A stretch of 64,000 bases of DNA from Candidatus Micrarchaeota archaeon (GCA_964630975.1 CAZVVY010000002.1:44633-108632), one strand, 5' to 3'; counted from the stretch's first letter, positions 46,695 through 55,778 are shown. Notes: generated from the letters alone by a model not told the origin. Numbers and translations are program-made.

Positions 46695-47989
46695 TCGCGG
46701 CGGTACTCGAAAGACCCTATCTTGTCGAAAATCAGTTTTTTCGCTTGTTCCGGCTCTTTCCCAAGCATTTCACGCCCGTTGCTGCCGGGCTTGAACTTTC
46801 TTGCTATCGTAACGTAAAACTTTTGGCTTTCCTCGGGGTCGCCTCCCACCTTTAAGTTGAATTTTTTCTGTTTTTGCATTAGCCCGAGTACCTTATCCCA
46901 ATCCATTTTCTTGTCCAAGTCGATGTGGTGAACCAAGTAGGATACGTTGTCGGAGTCGGTTTCTATTGTCGTCCCCAAAAAAGTGCTGTTCGGCCCCAAC
47001 TCTTCTTTTATCCGTTGGACGAGCCGCGAATGCGGGAGCTCTTGTCGGGCGGGCAACAAAACGCTTTCTCCCTCCAAGTCCCGGCCGTCAATTCGTTGGT
47101 ATCCTTCCTTGTCAACGCCTATCTCCATTTTCAACGGCAAAATGCTTTGCAATAACTTGTATTTTTTAGGGTCGTCGGGAAACCAGGACGCCAGAGCTTC
47201 CCTCGCCCTTAACGCGTCCCCGTTAACCGTGTCCAACAACTTTTTGCGGTAGTAATTGAGCCGGTGCCTGCTTGCGTCGTCGAAAACGGTTTCGATTCGT
47301 TCCCGCAGGAATTTTTTTGCGTCTTCGGACGGCTGCAAACCCGTTTTTTGTTGCAAGGCAACCGCGCGCAAAATGCTTGCGTAACTGCTTCTCTTCGCAT
47401 ATTTATCATTGAAAGAGAAAACACCGGTTTTTACGTGGTTTACGCTTTCGTTATTGTTGTGGGTAATTATTTGGCTTTCACTGAACTCGTGGGACAAGGC
47501 GTGGCGTGCGTCCACGGCCAGCGAGTTAACGGTCGTGTCGGAATAAGCCAGCCGCGACTTGAGCCGCGATTTGGTTCCGCCCTTCTTTTTTTTCCTGCTT
47601 TTCTTGCTGAAAGGGGATATATCCACTCCCATTTTCCGCCCCCCGCCCAAATTAACTATGATGCGGTAAACCCCCCAAGAATTGGGTTGTTCCACTCCCG
47701 GCAAGAACGCGATTTTTTTCTCCTTTTTCAACGCTTTTATTACGGGATTTAATTCGTTGTCCGTACCCGAAAAAAGGAGGTCCAAGTCGGTTCCGACAAG
47801 GTTTCCCCGGGAAGACGGGGACTGCCTTGAAAGCAATGCATCCCTTACGGCTCCCCCGAAAACGAACAACGGCCTGGTCTTCTTGCCTTTCTCTCTTTTA
47901 GCGGGGGTTATCCCTTTTTTGTTGAAGGCGTCAATCAATACGCGAAGCGCTTTCGCTTCCCTGCTTTCAGGGTGAAACAACGGGGGCAT
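46691..47989 (-). CDS. Nucleotidyltransferase with a class II CCA-adding/poly(A)-polymerase-like head motif
   Basis: FVFGGAVRDALL...VGTDLDLLF matches the GG-x-VRD...D-x-D head signature. The remaining ~330 aa are not recognisable by eye. Confidence 0.4.
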   Translation of the reverse strand: MPPLFHPESREAKALRVLIDAFNKKGITPAKREKGKKTRPLFVFGGAVRDALLSRQSPSSRGNLVGTDLDLLFSGTDNELNPVIKALKKEKKIAFLPGVEQPNSWGVYRIIVNLGGGRKMGVDISPFSKKSRKKKKGGTKSRLKSRLAYSDTTVNSLAVDARHALSHEFSESQIITHNNNESVNHVKTGVFSFNDKYAKRSSYASILRAVALQQKTGLQPSEDAKKFLRERIETVFDDASRHRLNYYRKKLLDTVNGDALRAREALASWFPDDPKKYKLLQSILPLKMEIGVDKEGYQRIDGRDLEGESVLLPARQELPHSRLVQRIKEELGPNSTFLGTTIETDSDNVSYLVHHIDLDKKMDWDKVLGLMQKQKKFNLKVGGDPEESQKFYVTIARKFKPGSNGREMLGKEPEQAKKLIFDKIGSFEYRRE

Positions 47990-48186
47990 ACTTTGTTATG
48001 GTGGTTCCTTTTTTTCAACCTTTGTTTGCGAATAAACCTTTATTTCAGTAAATTCATATGGCGGGTTGTGTCGGAAATGAGGCGTTTGGCGAAAATGATT
48101 GAGGGATTATTGGAGTCGCGAGTCGACTTGGCTTCGAACGGGATAGACGTCCACATAACGCGGAAGAAAGGGCGCGCCCTAAAAGA

Positions 48187-48555
48187 GTGATTTTGAAGGG
48201 AAACACGATAAAGAAAGCGGTTTTCGGGGTCGGAGGCGAACAAATAATTAAGTTGAGTTATAAGCGCCAGGCTCCGCAAATAAGTCACTCGCATTCTTCG
48301 AACCACGTCCGGCAACTCGTTCATGCTTTTGGCGGACCTGCGTCCAGCGAGGATTTCGAGCCGGAACCCGTAGAACTCTTTTCAAGCATAGCCCGCGACT
48401 TAAAGTCAATACACAAAAACGGGTTTCCGAACGAATACTCGTATCGCACTTATAACGATAAACGCGTTGAACTCAAGGACTTCGATGAGCTCGAACGGCT
48501 TGGCGAAGAATTTAATGCTTGTGAGCCGCGTAAAGAACGGGAAACCAACGAATAG
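48187..48555 (+). CDS. Hypothetical protein (weak call)
   Basis: 122-aa ORF with a GTG start and no recognisable motif. The competing minus-strand ORF 48040-48324 cannot be excluded. Confidence 0.25.
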   Translation: MILKGNTIKKAVFGVGGEQIIKLSYKRQAPQISHSHSSNHVRQLVHAFGGPASSEDFEPEPVELFSSIARDLKSIHKNGFPNEYSYRTYNDKRVELKDFDELERLGEEFNACEPRKERETNE

Positions 48556-48620
48556 TTTTTTTTAGCGGTTTTAGTGCAAGGGCCCACCCTTCTTTTAATT
48601 CGGTTAACCTAATCCTTTTT

Positions 48621-48962
48621 ATGTTCAAGCAAGTCGTCGTCCTTCGCACCGACCTCAAAATGGGTAAGGGAAAACTCGTGGCACAGGCCGGCCACGCCTT
48701 TTTGGAGGCGTACAAGAAAGCCGACAAGAAAGACGTGAAGGCGTGGGAAGCCGGCGGATGCCAGAAAGTGGCCGTGCGCGCGTCCAACGAAAAAGAATTG
48801 TCGGAGTTGCGTGAAAAGGCGCGCCACCTCAAGTTACCGGTTGCATTGATTCGCGACGCGGGCCACACGCAAGTCCCGCCCGGGTCGGTTACCGCACTCG
48901 CGATCGGACCCGCCAAGGAATCCGAAGTGGACAAGGTTACGGGGGGTTTGAAGCTGTTATGA
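48621..48962 (+). CDS. pth2: Peptidyl-tRNA hydrolase, archaeal type
   Basis: 113 aa: KQVVVLRTDLKMGKGKLVAQAGHA...ALIRDAGHTQVPPGSVTALAIGP. Confidence 0.88.
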   Translation: MFKQVVVLRTDLKMGKGKLVAQAGHAFLEAYKKADKKDVKAWEAGGCQKVAVRASNEKELSELREKARHLKLPVALIRDAGHTQVPPGSVTALAIGPAKESEVDKVTGGLKLL

Positions 48963-49043
48963 AAGTAGTGAAGCCGAAAGGGTTCGACCCAAAAAAAAAC
49001 GTTTTCTTGGGTTTTAGCCGAAAACAAGTTTAACGGTTCCACC

Positions 49044-49298
49044 GTGTTCTCGGTTTTGAACGGCGGCCTCCACTTGCAACCCGAAGCGTCCTCCGAAAAC
49101 CACTCGGTGTTGTCCCGCGGCTTGGTAGTACGCAACGGCGACCAAATGATTTTGAAGTTTAATTCCTTGGAGCACAACGACCCCGACTTAATGCTTTTCG
49201 ACCACGGCGAGGCGTTGGCGGACGCTTTTTCCCGCGTTTTGAAGGAGAACATTGAAATGCCGCGCAAGTGGCGGCAACGCTTGGAAGAACGCCGTTGA
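49044..49298 (+). CDS. Hypothetical small protein (weak call)
   Basis: 84-aa ORF filling the gap between pth2 and hjc, with no motif recognised. Confidence 0.25.
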   Translation: MFSVLNGGLHLQPEASSENHSVLSRGLVVRNGDQMILKFNSLEHNDPDLMLFDHGEALADAFSRVLKENIEMPRKWRQRLEERR

Positions 49299-49299
49299 T

Positions 49300-49671
49300 T
49301 CAAGAAACGTCTTCCAAGGCCATTCCTGAAAAATAGTCTCGTTTTGACAAAGTAAACGTTTTTCCGGCTTCGCGCAAGGCGGCCAACGGAAAGAACCGCC
49401 ACTTCTTGCGCGGCAACTTCCAAGCAACGAACACCTGCATCCCCGTGGTGCGCTCCCAGTCGCGGAGAATCGCTATTTTTTCTTTTCTCAACCGCAAATC
49501 GTTTTTCCACGCCTTGCACTCGACGCCGAACTTCTTCGTGGTGTGCAAAGCAATCAAGTCGGGTGAGATTCCGTCCGCACCGGAGCCCGAGGCCCGCACC
49601 ACGTAATACCCTTTGGAGTTGAGGCGGCGCTTCAAGTCGCGTTCCATCGCGGTTCCCCGGTTGTATGACAC
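49300..49671 (-). CDS. hjc: Holliday junction resolvase Hjc
   Basis: 123 aa: GTAMERDLKRRLNSKGYYVVRASGSG...PDLIAL...GVECKAW (the E...D...E-x-K nuclease core). Confidence 0.78.
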   Translation of the reverse strand: MSYNRGTAMERDLKRRLNSKGYYVVRASGSGADGISPDLIALHTTKKFGVECKAWKNDLRLRKEKIAILRDWERTTGMQVFVAWKLPRKKWRFFPLAALREAGKTFTLSKRDYFSGMALEDVS

Positions 49672-49696
49672 GGGAAGAATTAAGCCGACGATTTAT

Positions 49697-50260
49697 TTAT
49701 CCGTACACGTTCATTGCCCGCCCGTTTACCTTTCCGTACGGAACGCGCTTAATTCCGTGCGCTTCAATGAATGCGCGCCCGCGCGGTTCCAATAATTCGC
49801 GCACTTTTTTCAAGTATTCCTCCAATTTGAATCCGCTTTGTTCCAGGTAGGTGTGCGGGCCTTCAACGTCGAGAATCACGTGAAACTTTTTTTCAGGGTA
49901 TTCCGCCGGGAACACGCCTTGAAAGTGTTCGTCGAATTCGCCGCCGTTCTCCGGGCTCAAGGACAACCCCGTCAAGTGAATTTTTTCCGCTTTCGTGCCG
50001 AGGTGTTCCCGGAGTTCCCTTGCGAAAACGGGGGAAGACCCCAAGTCCAGTATTCTTACTTCCTTGTTTTCCGCGAGTTTTTCTTTTATGAATGCCAGGA
50101 ACCCGTTTCCCCCGAGGCGTTCCCCGTATTCGTCAAGGCCGCGATTGCAGTGGTAAGGCTCCGTTGCGCCGTTTGCTCCGGCGTCTCTTCGCTTTATTTC
50201 GCTTTCAAAAGCCGTTTCTTGCACTCTTTTTATTTGAACCCGCTTCTTTATTAATCGCAA
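49697..50260 (-). CDS. Possible class I SAM-dependent methyltransferase (divergent)
   Basis: VRILDLGSSPV resembles motif I (VLDLGCG) and FHVILDVEG resembles motif II/III. The evidence is weak. Confidence 0.3.
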   Translation of the reverse strand: MRLIKKRVQIKRVQETAFESEIKRRDAGANGATEPYHCNRGLDEYGERLGGNGFLAFIKEKLAENKEVRILDLGSSPVFARELREHLGTKAEKIHLTGLSLSPENGGEFDEHFQGVFPAEYPEKKFHVILDVEGPHTYLEQSGFKLEEYLKKVRELLEPRGRAFIEAHGIKRVPYGKVNGRAMNVYG

Positions 50261-50283
50261 TCGCCCAACCCTTATTGGAGCCT

Positions 50284-50691
50284 ATGAATACGGGCATCAA
50301 AGTTGGAGATTGCATGCAATCCTCCTTGGTAAAAATTAATGATTCCGCTAGCGTCGTTGAGGCGGCGCGAAAAATGAAGGATTCCGGCGTTGGTTCGCTC
50401 CTCATCGAGGATTCGAAAGGCATTTACGGCATCGTCACCGCCGACGACCTCGTGTTGAAGGTGGTGGCAAGCGAAAAAATGGGTTCGAGCGTTAAAGACG
50501 TTTCGAGCAAGCCCTTGATTTGCATTGGCGCCGAAGCCGACTTGTCGGAGGCCGCCAAGAAAATGGGTGAGCGCGACGTCAAGCGCTTGGTCGTCCGAAA
50601 GGACCAAAAAATAGTCGGAATCATTTCCCAAAAGGACTTGATCAGGATCTCTCCTTCTTTGTACGACGTTATCGCGAAACGCTCGCGGTAA
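50284..50691 (+). CDS. CBS-domain pair protein
   Basis: 135 aa from the ATG at 50284, with two CBS repeats (IKVGDCM...GIVTADDLV; VKDVSSKPL...GIISQKDLI). Confidence 0.8.
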   Translation: MNTGIKVGDCMQSSLVKINDSASVVEAARKMKDSGVGSLLIEDSKGIYGIVTADDLVLKVVASEKMGSSVKDVSSKPLICIGAEADLSEAAKKMGERDVKRLVVRKDQKIVGIISQKDLIRISPSLYDVIAKRSR

Positions 50692-50783
50692 GCCTGTATT
50701 AGAGTGCCGGATGGCCCTCCCGACCAGTGACGGAGCAACGGTTCAACAGGTGCTCGCTTCAAGGCCCGTAAAGAGGCGTTTAA

Positions 50784-51158
50784 GTGGATAACCTGGACAA
50801 GTTCCTGCGTTCCCTGGAACAAAAAATCGTGTTGGTCGAAGGCAAGCACGACGTCAACGCTTTCCACTCACTCGGCTTGCACCCCCGCTTTTTGAAGGCG
50901 GTGGGAAAACCCGAGAAAGTCATGCGAAAAGCGTTGGAGTTGTCGGAAAAAAAGCCGAAGAGCGTAGTGCTCTTGTTCGACTACGACGACGAGGGAAAGC
51001 GCAAGAACGAGGAGTTCGAACGCTTATTCAATTGCGAGGGCTTCGGCTCGGTTTTGGACCGCGCCCCGCGAAAGCGCCTGCAAGCCTTCCTCGGCTTGAA
51101 AACAGTAGAGGAATTGAAAGCAAAATATGAAGAATACAAGGTGAAGCAAAATGGGTAA
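50784..51158 (+). CDS. Small stand-alone Toprim-domain protein
   Basis: IVLVEGKHDVNAF (Toprim Glu) and VLLFDYDDEGKRK (DxD). Overlaps the dnaG start by 8 nt. Confidence 0.55.
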   Translation: MDNLDKFLRSLEQKIVLVEGKHDVNAFHSLGLHPRFLKAVGKPEKVMRKALELSEKKPKSVVLLFDYDDEGKRKNEEFERLFNCEGFGSVLDRAPRKRLQAFLGLKTVEELKAKYEEYKVKQNG

Positions 51159-52425
51159 ATCATACATTGATACCGTTAAATACCTGGTAAAAGCCAGGTT
51201 CAACGTTTCCGGAATAGTTGAAAAGCCGGACATAGTCGGAGCGCTCTTCGGGCAAACCGAAGGCCTGCTCGGCGACGACTTGGACTTCCGCGAACTCCAA
51301 AAAAACGGGAGAATCGGGAGGATTGAAGTCGACGCCAAGGTTCACAAGGGAAAGACGGCCGGCACCATTCTCGTGCCCTCCAGCTTGGACATGGTTGAGA
51401 CGAGCATTCTCGCGGCCGCACTCGAAATAGTGGACCGCGTGGGGCCCTGCGACGCAAACATTCAAGTGGATCGAATCGAGGACACGCGCTCCCTCAAGCG
51501 CAAAGTCGTGGTCGACCGCGCCAAAAAACTTTTGAGTTCGCTCGTACACTCCGAAATACCTGACAGCAAGGAGTTGAGTGAAGTCGTCCGCAAGGAATCC
51601 AAGGTCTCCGACATAGTTTCCTACGGCGCCGATAAACTGCCCGCGGGGCCGGACGTGGCATCCAACGACGAAATAATTTTGGTTGAAGGAAGGGCGGACG
51701 TAGCCAACTTGTTGAAGCACAGCATCAAAAACGCGGTTGCAATCGGCGGAGCAAAAGTAGGCAAAACCGTTTCGCAGCTCGCACGCGAAAAAGAGGCGAC
51801 GGCGTTCCTCGACGGAGACCGCGGCGGGGACATTATTCTCCGCGAACTCGTAGCCGCGACCGAAATAGATTTCGTTGCACGAGCGCCCCGCGGAAAGGAA
51901 GTCGAAGAGTTGACGCGCAAGGAGTTAATCAAGGCTCTGCGCTCCAGGATACCTTTGGAGCAGGCGGTTGCAAACCTTGACTACCAGCGCGACCACCGCT
52001 CGAACGGCCGCTACCCGCCGGCCGACCGCCGAAGCGGCAACGGCGGCTCGCGCTCGTCCTATCAGTACCGTGGAAGAAAAGACGAAAGCCGCGACGAAAA
52101 CCCGGAACCAAAAAAAGAAGAATCGCGTTCGCCTGAAGAACAAGCCAAGATAAATGCCGCCAACTCCGTGTTAAAGGAGTTGGAGGGTTCACTCAAGACG
52201 CGCTTCCTCGGTCCCGACGGCTCGCTCGTAAACGAAGTCCCCCTACGCGAAATAATGAAGGCGTTGGAGTCTTCGAAAGGAGTTGAAACCGTGGTGCTGG
52301 ACGGAATAGTTACCCAGCGCCTCGTCGACTTGAGCGAGAAAAAAGGAGTCAAGTGCCTGGCGGGAGTGCGCGCCGGAAACCTGTCGCGCAAGCCCGACAA
52401 GATGTTGATTTCGCTGGCACAATAA
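51151..52425 (+). CDS. dnaG: Archaeal DnaG-like primase (Toprim; exosome-associated type)
   Basis: N-terminal YLVKARFNVSGIVEKPDIVGALFGQTEGLLG, the Toprim motifs ILVEGRADVANL and FLDGDRGGD, and an Arg/Ser/Glu-rich low-complexity linker. Confidence 0.88.
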   Translation: MGKSYIDTVKYLVKARFNVSGIVEKPDIVGALFGQTEGLLGDDLDFRELQKNGRIGRIEVDAKVHKGKTAGTILVPSSLDMVETSILAAALEIVDRVGPCDANIQVDRIEDTRSLKRKVVVDRAKKLLSSLVHSEIPDSKELSEVVRKESKVSDIVSYGADKLPAGPDVASNDEIILVEGRADVANLLKHSIKNAVAIGGAKVGKTVSQLAREKEATAFLDGDRGGDIILRELVAATEIDFVARAPRGKEVEELTRKELIKALRSRIPLEQAVANLDYQRDHRSNGRYPPADRRSGNGGSRSSYQYRGRKDESRDENPEPKKEESRSPEEQAKINAANSVLKELEGSLKTRFLGPDGSLVNEVPLREIMKALESSKGVETVVLDGIVTQRLVDLSEKKGVKCLAGVRAGNLSRKPDKMLISLAQ

Positions 52426-52456
52426 GCGTTTTTAATTTTCCTTTACTTTTTTTCTT

Positions 52457-53869
52457 ATGAATTTTGAATCGACCGCCGAAACAAGCATTCCAAAGGACCC
52501 GCTGGAACAAGTCATCGGGCAGGATAACGCGGTTCACATAGCCAAAGTCGCGGGCCGGCAGCGCCGCCACTTGTTGATGGTCGCCCCGCCGGGCACCGGC
52601 AAAAGCATGATTGCGCAGGCAATCGCCTACCACTTGCCGAAGCCGACCGAGGAAATCAGCGTCCTCCACAACGCGGCTAACCCGGAGCGCCCGGTACTCG
52701 AAGTGCGTTCCACAGAGGAAGCCGCCAAGGAAGACGCTTTGGCCCAGGGAGTTCGCGGCAGGCTCGTCGAACCAGTGGAAGTCCCTTCGTTCGTAGCCGA
52801 ACGCCTCGGGTTCCGCTGCCGCAAGTGCGGGTCGCTCAGCCGCGCCTCGCAAAAGGCGTGCCCCAAATGCGGGTTCGACAAGCGCTTTTCGGAGAACCCT
52901 TTCCCAAACATTTACGTCGGAGTAGAGGAAAAACCGGAGCGCGTGCACACTACGCGCCTTCGCGACGACAACTCCGAGGAAGTAATCGTTTACGAGCGCG
53001 CCGGGGAAAAAGTGCGCATACTCGACCAATCCTCCTTGCAAGCGTTGGAGGACTTGAAGAGGCGCGGCCCGCGCAAGGTACTCGTGCCATTCGACCGCAA
53101 GCCGTTCGTGGTCGCCACGGGCTCGTCCGAAACCGAGCTCTTGGGCGACGTCAAGCACGACCCTTACGGGGGCCACCACCAAATCGGGACTCCGGCCTAC
53201 CAGCGAGTCGTCCCCGGGGCGATACACGAAGCCCACCAAGGCGTGCTCTTCATAGACGAGTTGAGTGCATTGGCGGGAGTGCAACGCTACTTGTTCACGG
53301 CGATGCAGGAAAAAAAGTATGCTATTTCCGGCCGCAACCCTCAAAGCGCGGGCGCAAGCGTGCGCGTGGATGCCGTGCCCTGCAACTTCATACTGGTCGC
53401 GGCAAGCAACATAAACGACTTGCCTTACATTTTGCCGCCTTTGCGCTCGCGCATCAAGGGCAACGGCTACGAGGTCTTGCTGGAAACCGTGATGCAGGAC
53501 ACCCCGCAAAACCGCGAAAAACTCTTGCAGTTTACCGCCCAAGAAATACGCAAGGACGGAAAAATCCCGCACGCAAACCCGAAAGCAGTCGAAGCGTTGT
53601 GCGACGAGGCACGAAAAATCGCGCGCGAATTCGACGGCGCCGAAAACTCTTTGACCCTGCGCTTCCGCGAGTTAAGCGGGTTGATTCGCTTGGCAGGCGA
53701 CATAGCCGTCGGCAAAGAAGCAGAATTAATCGAGCCGGCATTCGTCAAGGAAGCAGCCGAACGCGGCAAAAACATCGAACAACAATTAAGCGAAAAATAC
53801 GGGTCGGTGTGGCGCGCCTCGCAAGAGGAAGCCGCGAAGACGCGCGGCCGCCAAAAGGAAGTCGGCTAA
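52457..53869 (+). CDS. LonB-like AAA+ ATPase lacking both TM helices and protease domain, with a zinc-ribbon insert
   Basis: Walker A APPGTGKS, the insert CRKCGSLSRASQKACPKCG, and LLGDVKHDPYGGHHQIGTPAYQRVVPGAIHEAHQGVLFIDEL (Walker B), RSRIKGNGYEV. The protein ends after the AAA+ lid with no GDSAS/K protease motifs. Confidence 0.75.
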   Translation: MNFESTAETSIPKDPLEQVIGQDNAVHIAKVAGRQRRHLLMVAPPGTGKSMIAQAIAYHLPKPTEEISVLHNAANPERPVLEVRSTEEAAKEDALAQGVRGRLVEPVEVPSFVAERLGFRCRKCGSLSRASQKACPKCGFDKRFSENPFPNIYVGVEEKPERVHTTRLRDDNSEEVIVYERAGEKVRILDQSSLQALEDLKRRGPRKVLVPFDRKPFVVATGSSETELLGDVKHDPYGGHHQIGTPAYQRVVPGAIHEAHQGVLFIDELSALAGVQRYLFTAMQEKKYAISGRNPQSAGASVRVDAVPCNFILVAASNINDLPYILPPLRSRIKGNGYEVLLETVMQDTPQNREKLLQFTAQEIRKDGKIPHANPKAVEALCDEARKIAREFDGAENSLTLRFRELSGLIRLAGDIAVGKEAELIEPAFVKEAAERGKNIEQQLSEKYGSVWRASQEEAAKTRGRQKEVG

Positions 53870-53870
53870 A

Positions 53871-54314
53871 CTAGTTGCCTTTCCTTTCAGCCAACATTTT
53901 TTGGTATGCTTCCCTTATGCGGTTCGCCCTGACATTGTTTGCCGGTTTCGTGCCTTCCCTTGGCGGCTCAAGAATTCCTTCGAGGGAAACGGGAACGTTC
54001 ATTGTTGAGCGCACGCTTTCCCCCTCTTTTTGAATGTGCCACGCAACGTTTCCGTGCTTGTCCGCCAACTTCTTTATTTTTGAGTTTAGTTTTTCGAATT
54101 CTTCGGGAGTCATGGAAAATTCGAGTTTGGCGAGTGCACCATAACCTTTCGGGGTTTTAATGACGCTCCCAAAACGTATGTTTCCTTTTTCTGGATGCCA
54201 GTCCAGTTTTATTTCTCTTCTTTCATTTAGCTCCAATCCGCTGAACGTGGGCGCCTCGATTTCTGATTTCAATACTCCCTCGATTCCTTCGTGCAGTTTT
54301 AAGAGTTCCTCCAT
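53871..54314 (-). CDS. Hypothetical protein
   Basis: 147-aa ORF with good coding appearance and no motif recognised. Confidence 0.4.
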   Translation of the reverse strand: MEELLKLHEGIEGVLKSEIEAPTFSGLELNERREIKLDWHPEKGNIRFGSVIKTPKGYGALAKLEFSMTPEEFEKLNSKIKKLADKHGNVAWHIQKEGESVRSTMNVPVSLEGILEPPREGTKPANNVRANRIREAYQKMLAERKGN

Positions 54315-54345
54315 TCACTCACCGAAAGAGTATGACCTAACCCGT

Positions 54346-54858
54346 TTAACTACTCATTGCGAAGCCGAGCACTTGCGCCGCCTTAACGGTCCACTGGCCC
54401 TTGACGGTTTCCGAGTCGGCTTCCACGAACACTTTTCCTCCGTCAACGTAAATGCAGTTGCATTCGCCTATCAACAACACGATGTTCGGGTTCGAACAGT
54501 TATTGGTTTCGTCGGTGCACCCGATGTTTTCTTCTCCGGGCACCGTGCCGTACGTCCACAATTCCTTGCCCGCCTTGCGGGCTTCGTCGGCGACTTGAAC
54601 CATTAACACGCTTAACGCGGAGTTCAACTCGCTTTGGCCCGAGTACATCCTGGCCTCGCTCACCAGGCGGTCCGACGACAACGCGTCCTTGACTTCCTGC
54701 CACCCGCTTTTAACGATTACGCCGTTAACCTTTTTTTCACTGGGTTGGTTTGACAACGCGAACAACACGATTGCCGAGAAAACGCCGATGCCCACTATTG
54801 CGAGCACGAGTGCCTCGAACTTGTTGCCCTTCTTTTTTTCTTTTTTCTTCTTCGTCAT
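54346..54858 (-). CDS. Hypothetical membrane-anchored protein
   Basis: Lys-rich start followed by one TM (ALVLAIVGIGVFSAIVLFAL) and an extracytoplasmic domain with several Cys. Confidence 0.4.
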   Translation of the reverse strand: MTKKKKEKKKGNKFEALVLAIVGIGVFSAIVLFALSNQPSEKKVNGVIVKSGWQEVKDALSSDRLVSEARMYSGQSELNSALSVLMVQVADEARKAGKELWTYGTVPGEENIGCTDETNNCSNPNIVLLIGECNCIYVDGGKVFVEADSETVKGQWTVKAAQVLGFAMSS

Positions 54859-55742
54859 ATCGTCAACTCCAATCCTTCTCTTGCAAGACTGCTTTCTTCG
54901 AAAACCGTTTTCGCTTCTTCAAGCAACGGCTCGCGGTCTTCATAGCGGTTGCTGAAATGCGTTAACAACAATTTTTGTGCTCCCGCCTTTTTAGCGGTTT
55001 TGGCGGCTTGCAGGGCCGTGGAATGCTTTTTTTCCTTTGCCATTCCCGCCTCTTTTTCCGAGAAGCACGAATCCATTACCAGCAAGTCCGCTTTTTTCGC
55101 TGCACCCGTCAATTCCTTGCAGGGCGCGGTGTCGCCGCTGAAAACTATTTTTCTGCCGGGCTGCCTGTAAGTAACGTCTTTAAGCCGCACTTTTTTCCCG
55201 TTGATTTTCAACTCTTTTTTCTCGGATAACTCGGAGAACAAGCGCCCCTTCACGCCCAGCGACTTCGCTTTTTCCTCGTGAAAACGCGTTTTTTCGGGTT
55301 CCTGTAATGTGTAGCCCACGGCCGGGCACCCGTGTTCGACCGGGAAGGCCTCGACCGAAAACAACTCGCATTCGAATACGCGGCTTTTTCTCACGTCTTT
55401 AACGGTTACGGGGAAAGAAGTGCGCAGTTCGCGGGTCGCAAACAAGGTTTCAAAAAAGTTTTTTGTGCCGCGCGGGCCGAAAACTTTCAGTTCGCGTTGA
55501 CGGCCCGACATGTTCATGGTCTGCGTCAAGCCGAGCAAGCCCAGCCAGTGGTCTGCGTGCAAGTGCGTCAAGAACACGGCGTCCGTTTTGGCGTAGCTCA
55601 CGCCGTACTTCATCATTTGGCGTTGCACGCCTTCACAGGCGTCGAACAAGTAGACTCCTCCATAGCGCACCGCGTAGCACGCGGGCACGCGCCGCTTCGT
55701 GGGCAGGGACGCCGCGCTTCCAAGAACCGTCAAACCAATCAT
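54855..55742 (-). CDS. rnz: Ribonuclease Z (tRNA 3' endonuclease)
   Basis: LTVLGSAASLPT, the FLTHLHADHWLGL metallo-beta-lactamase motif, and LTHFSNRY at the C-terminus. Confidence 0.82.
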   Translation of the reverse strand: MIGLTVLGSAASLPTKRRVPACYAVRYGGVYLFDACEGVQRQMMKYGVSYAKTDAVFLTHLHADHWLGLLGLTQTMNMSGRQRELKVFGPRGTKNFFETLFATRELRTSFPVTVKDVRKSRVFECELFSVEAFPVEHGCPAVGYTLQEPEKTRFHEEKAKSLGVKGRLFSELSEKKELKINGKKVRLKDVTYRQPGRKIVFSGDTAPCKELTGAAKKADLLVMDSCFSEKEAGMAKEKKHSTALQAAKTAKKAGAQKLLLTHFSNRYEDREPLLEEAKTVFEESSLAREGLELTI

Positions 55743-55778
55743 ACAATATAGATATATTTCGCAAACCGTTTTATTACG

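Noticed and set aside
48512-49519. A 335-aa minus-strand ORF.
   Set aside because: It overlaps the clearly recognisable pth2 gene on the opposite strand and part of hjc, and it has no motifs.
50692-50783. A GC-rich 92-nt intergenic segment between the CBS gene and the Toprim gene, examined for a tRNA, a C/D-box sRNA or another structured RNA.
   Set aside because: I could find no cloverleaf, no C (RUGAUGA) or D (CUGA) box pair, and no convincing extended helix.
52349-53874. Long ORFs overlapping the Lon-like ATPase gene: 407 aa on the minus strand and a 349-aa Arg-rich ORF in a plus-strand alternative frame.
   Set aside because: These are shadow frames typical of GC-rich coding DNA. Only the 52457-53869 frame has AAA+ motifs.
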